A DNA stretch of 64,000 bases, taken from contig OZ240248.1 of the NCBI GenBank assembly GCA_965198235.1, positions 672,001-736,000 of the forward strand. The letters run 5' to 3'. Shown piece by piece: positions 30,215 through 41,137 of this stretch (its first letter is position 1; each line of letters opens with the position of its first letter). The translations under genes and the position numbers were made by a program. Below the pieces are notes generated by a model. That model worked only from the letters and a program-made list of their open reading frames with translations, did not search any database and had not been told where the DNA came from. Source of the DNA: Candidatus Poribacteria bacterium (lineage in GTDB: Bacteria > Poribacteria > WGA-4E > WGA-3G).

Positions 30215-30591
30215 TTGTAAACTGACTCTCCATACATTCTTCTATATTTCTTTTGCATTGGCATTGTAGAGTGGACTCCCTGCTACTCGCCATTTTGTAT
30301 TTTATCTGCGGGGCGAGGTATACGTGTTTTAGCCCTACTCCTTTTTATCAAGGCTACAAACAATCGAAAAACGGATTTAGCTTTCAAGGCTGGATAGAAT
30401 GTTTCGTACGGCTTAAATCGGACGCTGACTACTCGTATCCTGCCAGAGGTAGCGCGCCCCAAGGCAAGAGAGCCTTTGGAATCAACGGCGATCCGCGATC
30501 GCGTCAACGGTGATTCGCGACCGACTTGGCGGGCTTACATGCTTCGGTTCGGTTCTCAGTCTTTGAGCCGAAACCGCCTATTCGTCTTAAT

Positions 30592-30620
30592 ATTATACCT
30601 TAATTTAAGCCAAAAGTCAA
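30592..30620 (-). promoter_or_regulatory. Sigma70 promoter upstream of the long gltB leader
   Basis: TTGACT-N17-TATAAT on the minus strand. Confidence 0.75.
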
Positions 30621-30637
30621 AAAAATCCCCTCTCGCC

Positions 30638-31842
30638 TCAATAGCCGACTGCACAGCCATCTCGTCTCGGATCCGAACCTGCGACGAGCGTGCCGAAGGA
30701 TGGATTGATAAAAATTGTTTGTCCCCCTCCAAAAAAAGTGTGCCCCGGTATGATATGATGTCCTTTTTGTGCCAATACGGCTTGTGTATTCATCGGAATG
30801 CCTGTCTCCAGCATAACCCGTGAGTCGTCCATTATTCTAAACCGAGGCGCGTCCAACGCGTTCTGTACGTCCATATTGAAATCTACAAGATTGCATACAA
30901 ATTGTAAATGTCCTTGCGCTTGCATTTGTCCGCCCATGACCCCAAAGGTGACTAAGAGAACCCCATTTTGTGCAATCATACCGGGGATAATAGTATGCAG
31001 TGTACGTTTATGTGGAGCAATACAATTTGCATGGTCGGGATTAAGCGAGAAACCCGCACCCCGATTTTGTAACATAATACCCGTATCGCCAGCAACTAAA
31101 CCTGAACCAAAACCAGCGAAGAGACTGTTGATAAAGGATACAACATTTCGCTCGCTGTCAACTGCACAGAGGTATACCGTGTCACTTCCCATTGCGGGCA
31201 CACCAGGGTTTGGCTGCATGTTTGCCCGCTCTGGTGAGATACGCTCTCGCTGGCTTTCTGTATAGTCGTTGGAAAGCAGGCCATCTACTGGCACATCCAC
31301 AAATGTCGGATCTGTCACGTATTCGTAGAGATCTGCGAACCCTAATTTCATTGCCATGCGAGACTAATCTGTAGGCTGACAGGAAATCCTTTTTCCGCGT
31401 AATTGATGGCAGGCTGAAGGACCTCCGCTAACGACATTGTTCCACATTCGTTGAGGAGTGTTGCCCACCCGTCAATTGTACCAGGGACAGTGACTGGATA
31501 CATACTTCCAAAAGAAGGAATACTCACCAACCCCTGCTTGGTAAAGAATTCTGGCTCTGCAGCGTAAGGTGCTCTACCGCTCGCATTTAAGCCGCGGATC
31601 ACGCCATCTTTGGGCTGATAAACGAGCATGAAGGCATCACCGCCGATGCCGGTTGACATTGGCTCAACAACGTTAAGTATTGCGGCAGTCGCGACCGCTG
31701 CATCAACGGCGTTTCCGCCATTTTGTAAAATCTGCAACCCACCCTGCGCCGCGAGCGGTTGACTCGTTGCAACTGCCCCATGTTGGCAGATGACAGCCGA
31801 ACGTCCAGGCCCAAATTGGTTTGGAAAGTACCCATCAAACAT
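30638..31842 (-). pseudogene. ggt: Gamma-glutamyltransferase split by an internal deletion and frameshift
   Basis: N-part 31348-31842 (GGNAVDAAVA..GIGGD..VTVPG) and C-part 30638-31357 (SDTVY, LQNRG, GVMGG, GSDPRRDG) total about 400 aa, well short of a typical GGT. Confidence 0.85.
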
Positions 31843-31996
31843 CCATTTTCTCCTACTTGCAGACTGGTATCACTGTAGCACACCCCATATTTTTTGTCAA
31901 ATTCAGCACCAAATGCATATTTGATTTCCGTAGGAGCATTGTGTAAGAGCGTCGGTTTTCACGGACTGGATGGTGTTGCTTTTAGACTATCTCATC

Positions 31997-32025
31997 TTGA
32001 CAACCCTCAGCCTTTGTGATAAAAT
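31997..32025 (+). promoter_or_regulatory. Sigma70 promoter of lpdA, divergent from the ggt promoter
   Basis: TTGACA-N17-TAAAAT. The ggt promoter is TTGACA-N17-TACAGT at 31872-31900 on the minus strand. Confidence 0.65.
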
Positions 32026-32242
32026 TCAATTCATCTTTTTTAACTATTAAGTTTCTGCTCTACTTTCCACTTCGTTTCAAGCAGGTTTTTGGTGTGGTGG
32101 AGAGACTCTTAAGAATCGTGCAGATCCTTATGCGTGTCGGAATTAACCGGAACCCATCGCGAAACACAGTGGAGCGATTTAACCATCAACTCGCCTCCGC
32201 TTGCATAATGTTAAGGCACGAGTTGATGGTTAACAGGAGGCC

Positions 32243-33643
32243 ATGGTTAGAAAAATGGCTACGTATGATCTCGGAATAATAGGCGGAGGACCAGGGGGTT
32301 ACGTCGCAGCTATTAAAGCGGCGCAACTTGGCGGCACAGTCTGCCTGATAGAAAAGGGAGAGTGGGGTGGCACCTGTCTGAATCGCGGGTGTATTCCAAC
32401 GAAAACCCTTTTTGCAGTTGCCAACTTGGCGACACAGGTTCAAGAAGCATCCGCTTTCGGTGTGAATATCAATGGCGACGCAGTAATTGACTACCCTCAG
32501 GTATTGACTCATAAGACTTCAGTCATCCAGCAACTAACAGGAGGCATTGCGCAACTGCTGAAAGCAAACGGAGTTGATACCTTCAATGGAATAGCGACAC
32601 TTACTGATAGAAATACCATTGCCGTCAGCAAATCTGATGGTACAACCGAACAATTACACGCAAAAAATATTATCATTGCTACAGGTTCCGAACCTGCGGA
32701 ACCGCCTATTTTTGAAATAGACGAGAGCCAAGTCTTGACGACAACTGGTATCCTCAATCTCACAGAACTCCCTGAAAGCCTACTAATCGTTGGCGGTGGA
32801 GTTTCAGGATGTGAGTTTGCTTCCATCTTTAATGCTCTCGGTTGCCGTGTGACTGTGTTGGAACTCCTCCCTACAATTTTGGCGACTGAAGATATTCAGG
32901 TTATCCGACATATCCAACTTTTCATGAAACGGAAAGGGATCACGATCCACACTGGTGCGAAGCTTACCCATGTCAAAAAATCGGATGCAGGGGTCACTAC
33001 AGTGCTTGAATCCGGCGAAGAATTGACTGCCCAAAAGATGCTCGTCTCGATTGGAAGACGTTACAACACAGACGGGATAGGTTTAGAAAAGGTTGGCGTT
33101 CGCACAGAAGGCGGGAAAATCGTCGTGGATGCCAGAATGCAAACGAACGTTGCCGGTATCTATGCCGTTGGGGATGTCGCCAGCCGGTATCTGTTGGCAC
33201 ATGTGGCATCGACAGAGGGAAAGATTGCAGCAGAAAACTGTCTCAGGGACAGCGTCGAGATGGACTATCAGGTTATTCCGTGGTGTGTTTTCACCTTACC
33301 TGAAATTGGGCACGTCGGCATGACAGAAAAAGAGGCAACGGATGAGGGTTACGAAGTGAAGATAGGGCGATTTCCGTACGCCGCGAACGGGAAGGCATTG
33401 GGGCTACGCGAGACGGACGGGTTTGTTAAGACTGTTTCTGATGCCGATAGCGGGGATATCCTTGGTGTCCATATTGTTGGTGCCCATGCTTCAACCCTTA
33501 TTCATGAAGCCGCTGTCGCGATTCGTACGGGCGCGACTGCAATGGACATAGCAGGTACCGTGCACGCACATCCAACTCTCGCAGAAATGGTGATGGAATC
33601 CGCTGAAGCAGCGTACGATAGAGCAATCCACAGCCTACATTAA
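32243..33643 (+). CDS. lpdA: Dihydrolipoyl dehydrogenase
   Basis: GGGPGGYVAA, GGTCLNRGCIP and HAHPTLAE motifs. Confidence 0.96.
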   Translation: MVRKMATYDLGIIGGGPGGYVAAIKAAQLGGTVCLIEKGEWGGTCLNRGCIPTKTLFAVANLATQVQEASAFGVNINGDAVIDYPQVLTHKTSVIQQLTGGIAQLLKANGVDTFNGIATLTDRNTIAVSKSDGTTEQLHAKNIIIATGSEPAEPPIFEIDESQVLTTTGILNLTELPESLLIVGGGVSGCEFASIFNALGCRVTVLELLPTILATEDIQVIRHIQLFMKRKGITIHTGAKLTHVKKSDAGVTTVLESGEELTAQKMLVSIGRRYNTDGIGLEKVGVRTEGGKIVVDARMQTNVAGIYAVGDVASRYLLAHVASTEGKIAAENCLRDSVEMDYQVIPWCVFTLPEIGHVGMTEKEATDEGYEVKIGRFPYAANGKALGLRETDGFVKTVSDADSGDILGVHIVGAHASTLIHEAAVAIRTGATAMDIAGTVHAHPTLAEMVMESAEAAYDRAIHSLH

Positions 33644-34545
33644 AAACGGACGGCTTCTTGAAGCTCACAATATCGCGATGAGATCTCTGAAAACTGTACA
33701 TCCTTTTGTCGGCTGATGCTGAAATCTTCAATATTAAAAGAAGCGATAACTGTTCCATACACCATTGCGCTGCGTATTGCTTTTTCGGACGTGTCTTCAA
33801 TAGATGCGAGGTAACCCATCATACCACCAGCGAAACTATCGCCAGCACCTGTTGGATCCACTACTTGCGTCAGCGGATATGCCGGGGCACTAAAGAAAGA
33901 TGATTCCGTTACGCTGATTGCCCCGTGCTCCCCCTTCTTAATTATAACTCGCTTTGGACCATAGCGTAAAATTGTCTGTGCCGCCCGCATCAAATTGGAA
34001 TCACCCGTGAACAATAACGCCTCACTATCGTTCAAGATGAGAATATCCACGCGTGCTAAGAGCACCTCTAACGCCTCTCGCTCCTCGTTAATCCAAAAGT
34101 CCATCGTATCACAGACAATCAGTTTCGGGTGTGTTGCCTGCTCAATAATGCTCAATTGTAAACTTGGCGAGTTATTCGCCAAAAAGAGGTAGGGGGTTTC
34201 TTTGTAAGTTTCAGGTAAAATGGGATGAAAGTCACTAACAACATTCAATTCCGTAAAAAGTGTATCGCGCACGTTAAAATCTTCGGTATAACGACCACCC
34301 CAACGGAACGACTTGCCGTTGCACTCTCGTTTTAACCCTTGAAGGTCGATTCCTCGGGTGTGGAGGAAATCTGTGTAAGTGTGTGGAAAATCAGTACCAA
34401 CGACTCCAATAAGTTGAATAGGGTTTCCAAAAAAACTCGCGGCGACAGCAGCGTAGACACCAGAACCACCCAAGACATCCTCCACCCGTTTATTCGGTGT
34501 TTCTACCGTATCTAAGGTAACCGTGCCAACGACTAAGACTCCCAT
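33640..34545 (-). CDS. PfkB-family carbohydrate or nucleoside kinase (possible adenosine salvage)
   Basis: LGGSG, VGVVG.DF-like and DPTGAGDSFAGG motifs; downstream of ahcY. Confidence 0.88.
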   Translation of the reverse strand: MGVLVVGTVTLDTVETPNKRVEDVLGGSGVYAAVAASFFGNPIQLIGVVGTDFPHTYTDFLHTRGIDLQGLKRECNGKSFRWGGRYTEDFNVRDTLFTELNVVSDFHPILPETYKETPYLFLANNSPSLQLSIIEQATHPKLIVCDTMDFWINEEREALEVLLARVDILILNDSEALLFTGDSNLMRAAQTILRYGPKRVIIKKGEHGAISVTESSFFSAPAYPLTQVVDPTGAGDSFAGGMMGYLASIEDTSEKAIRSAMVYGTVIASFNIEDFSISRQKDVQFSEISSRYCELQEAVRF

Positions 34546-34633
34546 TCTAAACTCTCATTTCCTTCTACGTAGAGGCGCGTTTTATAGGTACGCCAGCCTC
34601 GAAACCGCGTCTATCGTAGTACGTCCGTTTTCC

Positions 34634-34864
34634 TTAGAAAGGCCCAGGTCTATTCTTGTTTTCCCGTAGCGAGCGGATAACCCGTCGCAGTCGGCGAACG
34701 AAAATAACACTCAGCACAATGATGACTGGATACTGCAAGAAACTCAACACTTTTAGCAATGTCGGTGGAAGTTGTATCTGTTGAGAAGATGCCATCCAGA
34801 TCGGTAATAACAGCACCGCCGACAGGAGTAATATCACTCCCTCCAAAATCTCTGATTTTTTCAT
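34634..34864 (-). CDS. Small two-TM membrane protein
   Basis: GAGG SD before MKKSEILEG; two hydrophobic helices followed by a basic tail. Confidence 0.6.
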   Translation of the reverse strand: MKKSEILEGVILLLSAVLLLPIWMASSQQIQLPPTLLKVLSFLQYPVIIVLSVIFVRRLRRVIRSLRENKNRPGPF

Positions 34865-34938
34865 AGGTGCCTCTCTCTCATAAAAGGGTGGTATCGAAAC
34901 TCGGAACAGTATATGAAGCAACTCTGGAAAAAACGATG

Positions 34939-36201
34939 TTAAGTTCCCATTTCCCACGAGTTGAGGTATTTTTCCTGTTCTGCCGTGAGTGTATCAATTT
35001 CAATACCGAATGCTTCCAGCTTGAGCTGTGCCACGGTGTCATCTATAAATTCCGGTACATCATATACACGATTCTCAAGATTATCCTGATTTTGGGCGAT
35101 GTACTCAAGACACAACGCTTGATTCGCGAAGCTCATGTCCATAACACTCGCCGGATGCCCTTCAGCAGCAGCCAAGTTTACCAATCTGCCTTCACCCACA
35201 AGATAGAGTTTCCTGCCATCTCCGAGGGTGTATACATCTACATAGGGACGCGCATTTCCTTTATCGACACTCAATTCTTCAAGTGCTGGAATGTCGATTT
35301 CAACGTTGAAGTGACCGGAGTTCGCTATAATTGCTCCGTCCTTCATCGCTCTGAAATGTTCTTGACGTAAGACGTGAATATCCCCCGTGAGCGTTACAAC
35401 CAAATCTGCTTCCTGAACGGCTTTCTGCATCGGCATCACTCGAAATCCGTCCATTACCGCTTCTAATGCTTTTAAAGGGGTGACCTCCGTCACAATGACG
35501 TTCGCGCCTAAGCCGCGTGCCCGGTTAGCAACTCCTCTGCCACACCAACCATAGCCTGCGATAACGACTGTCGCTCCGGCAATGAGTAGATTCGTCGCTC
35601 TGATAATACCGTCCAATGTGCTTTGTCCAGTGCCATATCGGTTATCAAAAAAATGCTTCGTCCGTGCGTCGTTCACAGCGATAATCGGATATTTCAACAC
35701 ACCTTCGGTTGCCATACTCTTGAGTCGGATAACCCCGGTTGTTGTTTCTTCTGTTCCTGCAACGACTTGCTCCACTAAAGCTGGATTTGTTTCTTCAGAA
35801 TGAAGTCTTGAAACGAGATCCGCCCCATCGTCCATGGTGATCGCTGGTCGTGTCTCAAGAGCGGCATCAATGTGTTTGTAAAAGGTTTCTATATCCTCTC
35901 CGTCAATAGCAAAAACACCTATCTCTTCGTCAACAACGAGAGATGCGGCAACATCGTCCTGTGTACTGAGTGGATTTGATGCACAGACAACCGCCTCCGC
36001 CCCACCTGCCTTCAGCGTTTTCATCAAGTTGGCTGTTTCAGTTGTGACATGTAGGCACGCTGCTACTCTCAATCCCTCCAATGGGCGTTCATTTTGAAAC
36101 CGCTCGCGGATGGAATCCAAAACGGGCATGAACCGGTTTGCCCAGTCGATTCGTTGTCGACCAGTTGATGCAAGTTCCGTTGTTTTTATATCGTAGTTCA
36201 T
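34939..36201 (-). CDS. ahcY: Adenosylhomocysteinase
   Basis: [33 protein letters not shown] and [14 protein letters not shown] motifs. Confidence 0.97.
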   Translation of the reverse strand: MNYDIKTTELASTGRQRIDWANRFMPVLDSIRERFQNERPLEGLRVAACLHVTTETANLMKTLKAGGAEAVVCASNPLSTQDDVAASLVVDEEIGVFAIDGEDIETFYKHIDAALETRPAITMDDGADLVSRLHSEETNPALVEQVVAGTEETTTGVIRLKSMATEGVLKYPIIAVNDARTKHFFDNRYGTGQSTLDGIIRATNLLIAGATVVIAGYGWCGRGVANRARGLGANVIVTEVTPLKALEAVMDGFRVMPMQKAVQEADLVVTLTGDIHVLRQEHFRAMKDGAIIANSGHFNVEIDIPALEELSVDKGNARPYVDVYTLGDGRKLYLVGEGRLVNLAAAEGHPASVMDMSFANQALCLEYIAQNQDNLENRVYDVPEFIDDTVAQLKLEAFGIEIDTLTAEQEKYLNSWEMGT

Positions 36202-36241
36202 TATTATCCTTTTGTTTATTGGTATTCTCAATTTTTCCAAT

Positions 36242-37366
36242 CTACCGGAGCTTTTCGACGTAGTCGGTTTCTTCCCAAGTGAAACCGGGTTCTTCACGTC
36301 CGAAATGTCCATATGCGGCAGTATTTTGATAAATAGGCTGGCGTAATTTCAACCGTTCTATGATGCCCGCCGGTGTTAAATCGAAGTGCGCGTTGACAAG
36401 TTTAATGAGAGCCTCCGCATCGCCAGTACCAAACGTATCCACCATGACAGAGATGGGTTCTTTTCTACCGATTGCGTAGGAAATTTGAATTTCACACCGT
36501 TCTGCGAGGCCAGCAGCAACGAGGTTTTTAGCGACGTGTCGTGCTGCGTAAGTCGCACTCCGATCAACTTTAGTTGGATCTTTCCCAGAAAGTGCGCCTC
36601 CACCATGCCGTCCCATCCCCCCATATGTATCAACAATAATTTTTCGTCCGGTTAATCCGGCATCACCTTGGGGACCACCGGTCACAAAACGTCCGGTTGG
36701 ATTGATATGATATTTAATATCTGGGCTTTGGAGATTTTCAGGGATAATTTCTTTGATAACCTCTTCAATAATTGCTTCACGTAGTTCGCTATCCGTAACG
36801 TCAGGATCGTGTTGTGCAGAAATGACAACTGTAGTGACAGCCTTAGGTTTACTGTCGATATATTCCACTGTTACCTGAGATTTTCCATCGGGACGGATAA
36901 AGGGAAGGGTGCGATCTTTGCGAACTTTAGCCAAACGCTGGGTTAATTGATGGGCGAAGGTAATCGGTAGTGGCATCAATTCTGGCGTTTCGGTACATGC
37001 GTATCCAAACATTAATCCTTGATCGCCTGCACCACCAGGGTTTACGCCCATTGCAATATCAGGGGATTGCTTATCAATAATACTCAACACAGCACTTCGT
37101 TCAGCATCAAAGCCATATTCAATATCGGTGTAACCGATATCAGCTATTACTTTTCGTGCGATTTGTTGGGCATCGTAGTTTGCTGTAGTCGTGATTTCAC
37201 CAGTAATGACTGCGAGTCCTGTTGTGACCAAGGTTTCACAAGCGACTCTGGCCATCGGATCGGTTGTGAATATTGTATCAAGTACCGCGTCAGAAATCTG
37301 GTCTGCCATCTTGTCCGGGTGTCCTTCAGTGACGGATTCGGACGTAAACAGAAAATTTTTGCTCAA
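36242..37366 (-). CDS. metK: S-adenosylmethionine synthetase
   Basis: [19 protein letters not shown] and [16 protein letters not shown] motifs; TTG start after AGGAG. Confidence 0.97.
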   Translation of the reverse strand: MSKNFLFTSESVTEGHPDKMADQISDAVLDTIFTTDPMARVACETLVTTGLAVITGEITTTANYDAQQIARKVIADIGYTDIEYGFDAERSAVLSIIDKQSPDIAMGVNPGGAGDQGLMFGYACTETPELMPLPITFAHQLTQRLAKVRKDRTLPFIRPDGKSQVTVEYIDSKPKAVTTVVISAQHDPDVTDSELREAIIEEVIKEIIPENLQSPDIKYHINPTGRFVTGGPQGDAGLTGRKIIVDTYGGMGRHGGGALSGKDPTKVDRSATYAARHVAKNLVAAGLAERCEIQISYAIGRKEPISVMVDTFGTGDAEALIKLVNAHFDLTPAGIIERLKLRQPIYQNTAAYGHFGREEPGFTWEETDYVEKLR

Positions 37367-37623
37367 TTCCACGTCTCCTAAGTCTACGTGTCTATTCTCG
37401 CTCTGTCTTGTGGAGCAAGGGTTTTGTGCCTCGTCAAGTCTTTCGTGCAAGAGAGGACGGGTGGGCACATGTGCCCACCCATGCAGGTGAAACAACGAAA
37501 ACGCGCGCGAAAACTCGTCCCTACGTTTCAAACGTAGACACACTCTGTAACGAGAGATATCGCTTTGTATTTTCGCCTCTGCCCGAAAGTTTGGACGTAA
37601 TCTCGGGCAAAGATACGAAAAAA

Positions 37624-40014
37624 TTAATTTTCAGAATTCTCGGCGTTTTCAGGGTTTTCTACATTCGCGATGTCTTCGGAGTCCTCTGCACTTGCGACTT
37701 CCTCAGAACTCTCTGCGCTCACAATGTCTTCGGAGTTCTCCACACTTGCGACTTCTTCAGAACTTTCTGCGTTTGACTTACCCATCTCCTCCTTGAGCAA
37801 TGCCCCCAACGTAGTGACAGTTTCTCCGTGTGCTGGCATTTGCCGCCGCGGTTCCCGTTCTCGCCGTGATCGAGGCGGTCGCTCGGGTCGCGTTCTCGCC
37901 GGCTGTTCCTCTTCAGTTGCCACAGCGCGCTCTTGCTCGGCAAGGAGTGCTTTCAAACTCAGCCCGATCCGTCGGTCCTTTGGAGACAGATTAATCACTT
38001 TCAAATCTAACTCGTCGCCTACGGAAACCACTTCTTCTGGTTTTTCAATCCGCCGGTCTGCGAGTTCAGAAATGTGAATTAAGCCTTCAATGCCTTCCTC
38101 AAGTTTGGTGAATGCTCCAAAACTCGTGAGATTGACAACTTTGCCTCGGACAACGGAACCGACCTTGTACTTCTCGGGTACCTCTGCCCATGGATCAGGC
38201 TGTGTCTGCTTGAGTCCCAATGAAACTCTACGTTCAGCCGCGTCAATCTGCAACACGACTACTTCAATCTCACTGCCTTCTTTAAGTTCTTCATTGGCTG
38301 CAGCACCACGTTTAGTCCATGAGAGATCTGAGGTATGGATTAAACCGTCAATTCCGGGTTCAATTTCAACAAACGCCCCAAAACTCGTCAAGTTTCGGAT
38401 ACGTCCAATGATCTTGCTGCCAACAGGGGACCTCTCTTCCAAAAGTTCCCAAGGGTTTTGTTGCAGCTGCTTGAGCCCAAGTGAAATACGTTTGTCCTCT
38501 CTTGAGATTTCAAGCACAACGGCTTCAATTTCATCACCCTTATTGACAATTCTCGATGGAGCAACGTTACGGCGGGTCCATGCCATCTCAGAGACATGAA
38601 TTAAGCCTTCAACGCCCTCTTCGAGCTGTAGAAATGCACCATAATTGACAATATTAACAACAACACCGCGAACCGTAGAGCCAACCGGATATTTTTCCTC
38701 AATGTCTGTCCATGGATCGGGAGTTTTCTGTTTCAAGCCCAAAGAAATTTTCTCATTTGCTTGGTTGATACCAATGACTTGGACTTCGATTTCTTCTCCA
38801 ACAGAGACAACATCAGACGGATGATGTATCCGTTTCCATGCCATATCTGTCTTGTGAAGTAACCCATCAACGCCACCCAGATCAACGAAAGCACCAAAAG
38901 CAGTGATGTTTTTCACCACTCCTGCCACGTGTTGACCAACTTTAAGTGTGTTGAGCACTTCCGAGCGTTTTTGGACAAGTTCGGCTTCTAACCAAGCACG
39001 CCGCGACAGAACAATGTTATGCCGCCGCTTACTCAGGCTGATAACCTTCATTTCAAGCGTTTGTCCTACATATTGTTCAAGGTTCTGGATAGGGCGCAAC
39101 TCAACTTGCGATGCCGGTAGAAAACCTCGGAGGGACCCAACGCTGGCTCGTAGTCCACCCTTAATCCGTTCGGTGATACGACCCATGACGGGTGTACCCG
39201 TTTCGTACGCGGTCGCAATTTCATCCCAAATGAGCGTTTGGTCGGCGATCTTTTTCGAAAGGACTATCTGCCCTTCCGAGTCTTCACGCCGCACAATATA
39301 AACATCGATCTCATCGCCCACCTGAACAGTAGGCAAATCGTCTTGTCCAGTATCGAATTCAGATGCTGGGATATAACCTTCCGACTTAAAGCCGATGTCA
39401 ATCATTACTTCATCGCGGCTGACATCTACGACGATACCTTTAACAATTTCGCCATCTGTAAACGCCTTGATCGAATTATCATACGCTTCTTCAAGAGATT
39501 CCGGACTCATGGGTTCCGCTGGTTCTTCCGGTGCTGCCGCTACCGCTATCTCTTCAGAGGTGGTCTCATCAGTGGACGTTACTGTTTCTTCAGTATCAGC
39601 ATCCGCAACGACTACTTCTATTACCTCTTCAGGTGCATTTTCGTCGACGAATGTTATTACTTCTTCAGCATCGCTATCAGCTATGTCTACCGACTCTTCG
39701 GGGACGGTTTCGTCAGTTTGTTCGGAATCAGCGTTACTATCAGCCACTTCTACCGCCTCTTCGGGGGCACCTTCATCAGTAAGCGTTGTCGCTTCTTCAA
39801 CATCGGTGTCGCCAGCAGTCGCTTCCACTTCACTGTTTGTGGCTTCCTCATGCTCCTCAGTGTCTGCGTTGGTTGCAGAAGCAGCTTCTGCAACTTCTGA
39901 AGCCTCTGTCTCGCTTGCTACTTCCTGATTCACTTCAACTGAACCCTCAGTTGAATGTTTTTCTTCTTCCACATCAACAGTGGAAGCATTTGTATTTGTC
40001 TGTTCGTTGTTCAT
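37624..40014 (-). CDS. rpsA: 30S ribosomal protein S1 with acidic repetitive extensions
   Basis: Six S1 domains ([31 protein letters not shown], etc.). Confidence 0.96.
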   Translation of the reverse strand: MNNEQTNTNASTVDVEEEKHSTEGSVEVNQEVASETEASEVAEAASATNADTEEHEEATNSEVEATAGDTDVEEATTLTDEGAPEEAVEVADSNADSEQTDETVPEESVDIADSDAEEVITFVDENAPEEVIEVVVADADTEETVTSTDETTSEEIAVAAAPEEPAEPMSPESLEEAYDNSIKAFTDGEIVKGIVVDVSRDEVMIDIGFKSEGYIPASEFDTGQDDLPTVQVGDEIDVYIVRREDSEGQIVLSKKIADQTLIWDEIATAYETGTPVMGRITERIKGGLRASVGSLRGFLPASQVELRPIQNLEQYVGQTLEMKVISLSKRRHNIVLSRRAWLEAELVQKRSEVLNTLKVGQHVAGVVKNITAFGAFVDLGGVDGLLHKTDMAWKRIHHPSDVVSVGEEIEVQVIGINQANEKISLGLKQKTPDPWTDIEEKYPVGSTVRGVVVNIVNYGAFLQLEEGVEGLIHVSEMAWTRRNVAPSRIVNKGDEIEAVVLEISREDKRISLGLKQLQQNPWELLEERSPVGSKIIGRIRNLTSFGAFVEIEPGIDGLIHTSDLSWTKRGAAANEELKEGSEIEVVVLQIDAAERRVSLGLKQTQPDPWAEVPEKYKVGSVVRGKVVNLTSFGAFTKLEEGIEGLIHISELADRRIEKPEEVVSVGDELDLKVINLSPKDRRIGLSLKALLAEQERAVATEEEQPARTRPERPPRSRREREPRRQMPAHGETVTTLGALLKEEMGKSNAESSEEVASVENSEDIVSAESSEEVASAEDSEDIANVENPENAENSEN

Positions 40015-40309
40015 TAAGATACCTGGTCCATTTAAAAACGCGCAACCGCGTTAATCCGCCAGTTCCTCCTTATATTCAAAGTGCTTTTGGCACTTTCAAA
40101 TCGGTTGCATAATAGTATATCATAAATGCATAAAGAAAATCAACAATAATTTTTTTATTGATACGATTTAATTTTCAGAAAGACCCGCGATTGGAAAGCA
40201 CTTCTTTGATTTACGGTTCAAACACAGAATTTTGCTTGATTTTTTTATCGATTTAAGATAGAATTTAAGAATGGTTCCTTGAGTTAGGACTGGCTTTAAT
40301 TTATGAGAG

Positions 40310-40663
40310 GTGATTTCTATGGATTCGACAAAATTAATGAAACTCCGGGAGGAATCCGGTATCAAAATAATTGAAATAACAACAGACTTGAGCAGTTACG
40401 CAGCATCTGATTTACGGAAGATGCTTGAAGGACTTTTAGCGGAGAAAGTTGAGAAGGTTGTTGTCAATCTTAGTCAAGTGAGTCATATAAATAGCACGGC
40501 TGTGGGTGCCTTGGTAGGTGTTGCAAAACGGCTTCGCCAGAGTGGTGGCGACCTTAAAATTTGCGCGCTTGCAGACAACTTAACACGGACCTTTAATCTC
40601 ATCGGTGCATCCAGTGTCGTCGAAATCTACGAATCAGAAAACAGTGCCCTTGCAGCGTTTTAA
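40310..40663 (+). CDS. STAS anti-sigma factor antagonist
   Basis: VVVNLSQVSHINSTAVGALV...GGDLK. Confidence 0.9.
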   Translation: MISMDSTKLMKLREESGIKIIEITTDLSSYAASDLRKMLEGLLAEKVEKVVVNLSQVSHINSTAVGALVGVAKRLRQSGGDLKICALADNLTRTFNLIGASSVVEIYESENSALAAF

Positions 40664-40681
40664 TCAAAGCAAATTTAGTAC

Positions 40682-41137
40682 ATGGCGCAAGCAGATATTC
40701 AACTTCAAATTCCGAGTGCTCCCTTTTATATAGAACCTGTTCGGGCATTTGTTGGGAACCTCGCACAAAGCCTCGGATTCTCCAGAAAACGTGTAGCAGA
40801 CATTCAACTCGTGCTTGACGAAATCTGTAGCAATGCAGTACATCATGGTTCGGCTAATGCTACAGTTGGCGTTAAATTGTGTATCAGTATTGATACACAT
40901 GCCCTTGAAATTTTAGTAAAGGATACCGGTGCACGGCATGCGGGAGAAAAGAATTGGCTAACACATGAAAGACTCTCGGAGATTGAGATGAACCGTTCTC
41001 CAAGCAGTGAGAGCGGACATGGGGTTTTCATCGCTAAATCTCTCGCGGATATGCACGAAATGCAACCGAACGAGGCAGGCGGAACCGATGTCCGAGTCGT
41101 TTTTCGTTTTCCAAAACCAAGAAATATCGAAATTTAA
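40682..41137 (+). CDS. RsbW/SpoIIAB-like anti-sigma factor Ser kinase
   Basis: LDEICSNAVHHG, KDTG and GHGVFI (HATPase_c_2) motifs. Confidence 0.9.
   Translation: MAQADIQLQIPSAPFYIEPVRAFVGNLAQSLGFSRKRVADIQLVLDEICSNAVHHGSANATVGVKLCISIDTHALEILVKDTGARHAGEKNWLTHERLSEIEMNRSPSSESGHGVFIAKSLADMHEMQPNEAGGTDVRVVFRFPKPRNIEI

Noticed and set aside
30400-30585. glnA glutamine riboswitch, tmRNA or RNase P
   Set aside because: Their consensus motifs and terminal sequences were not found. Kept only as an unassigned leader.
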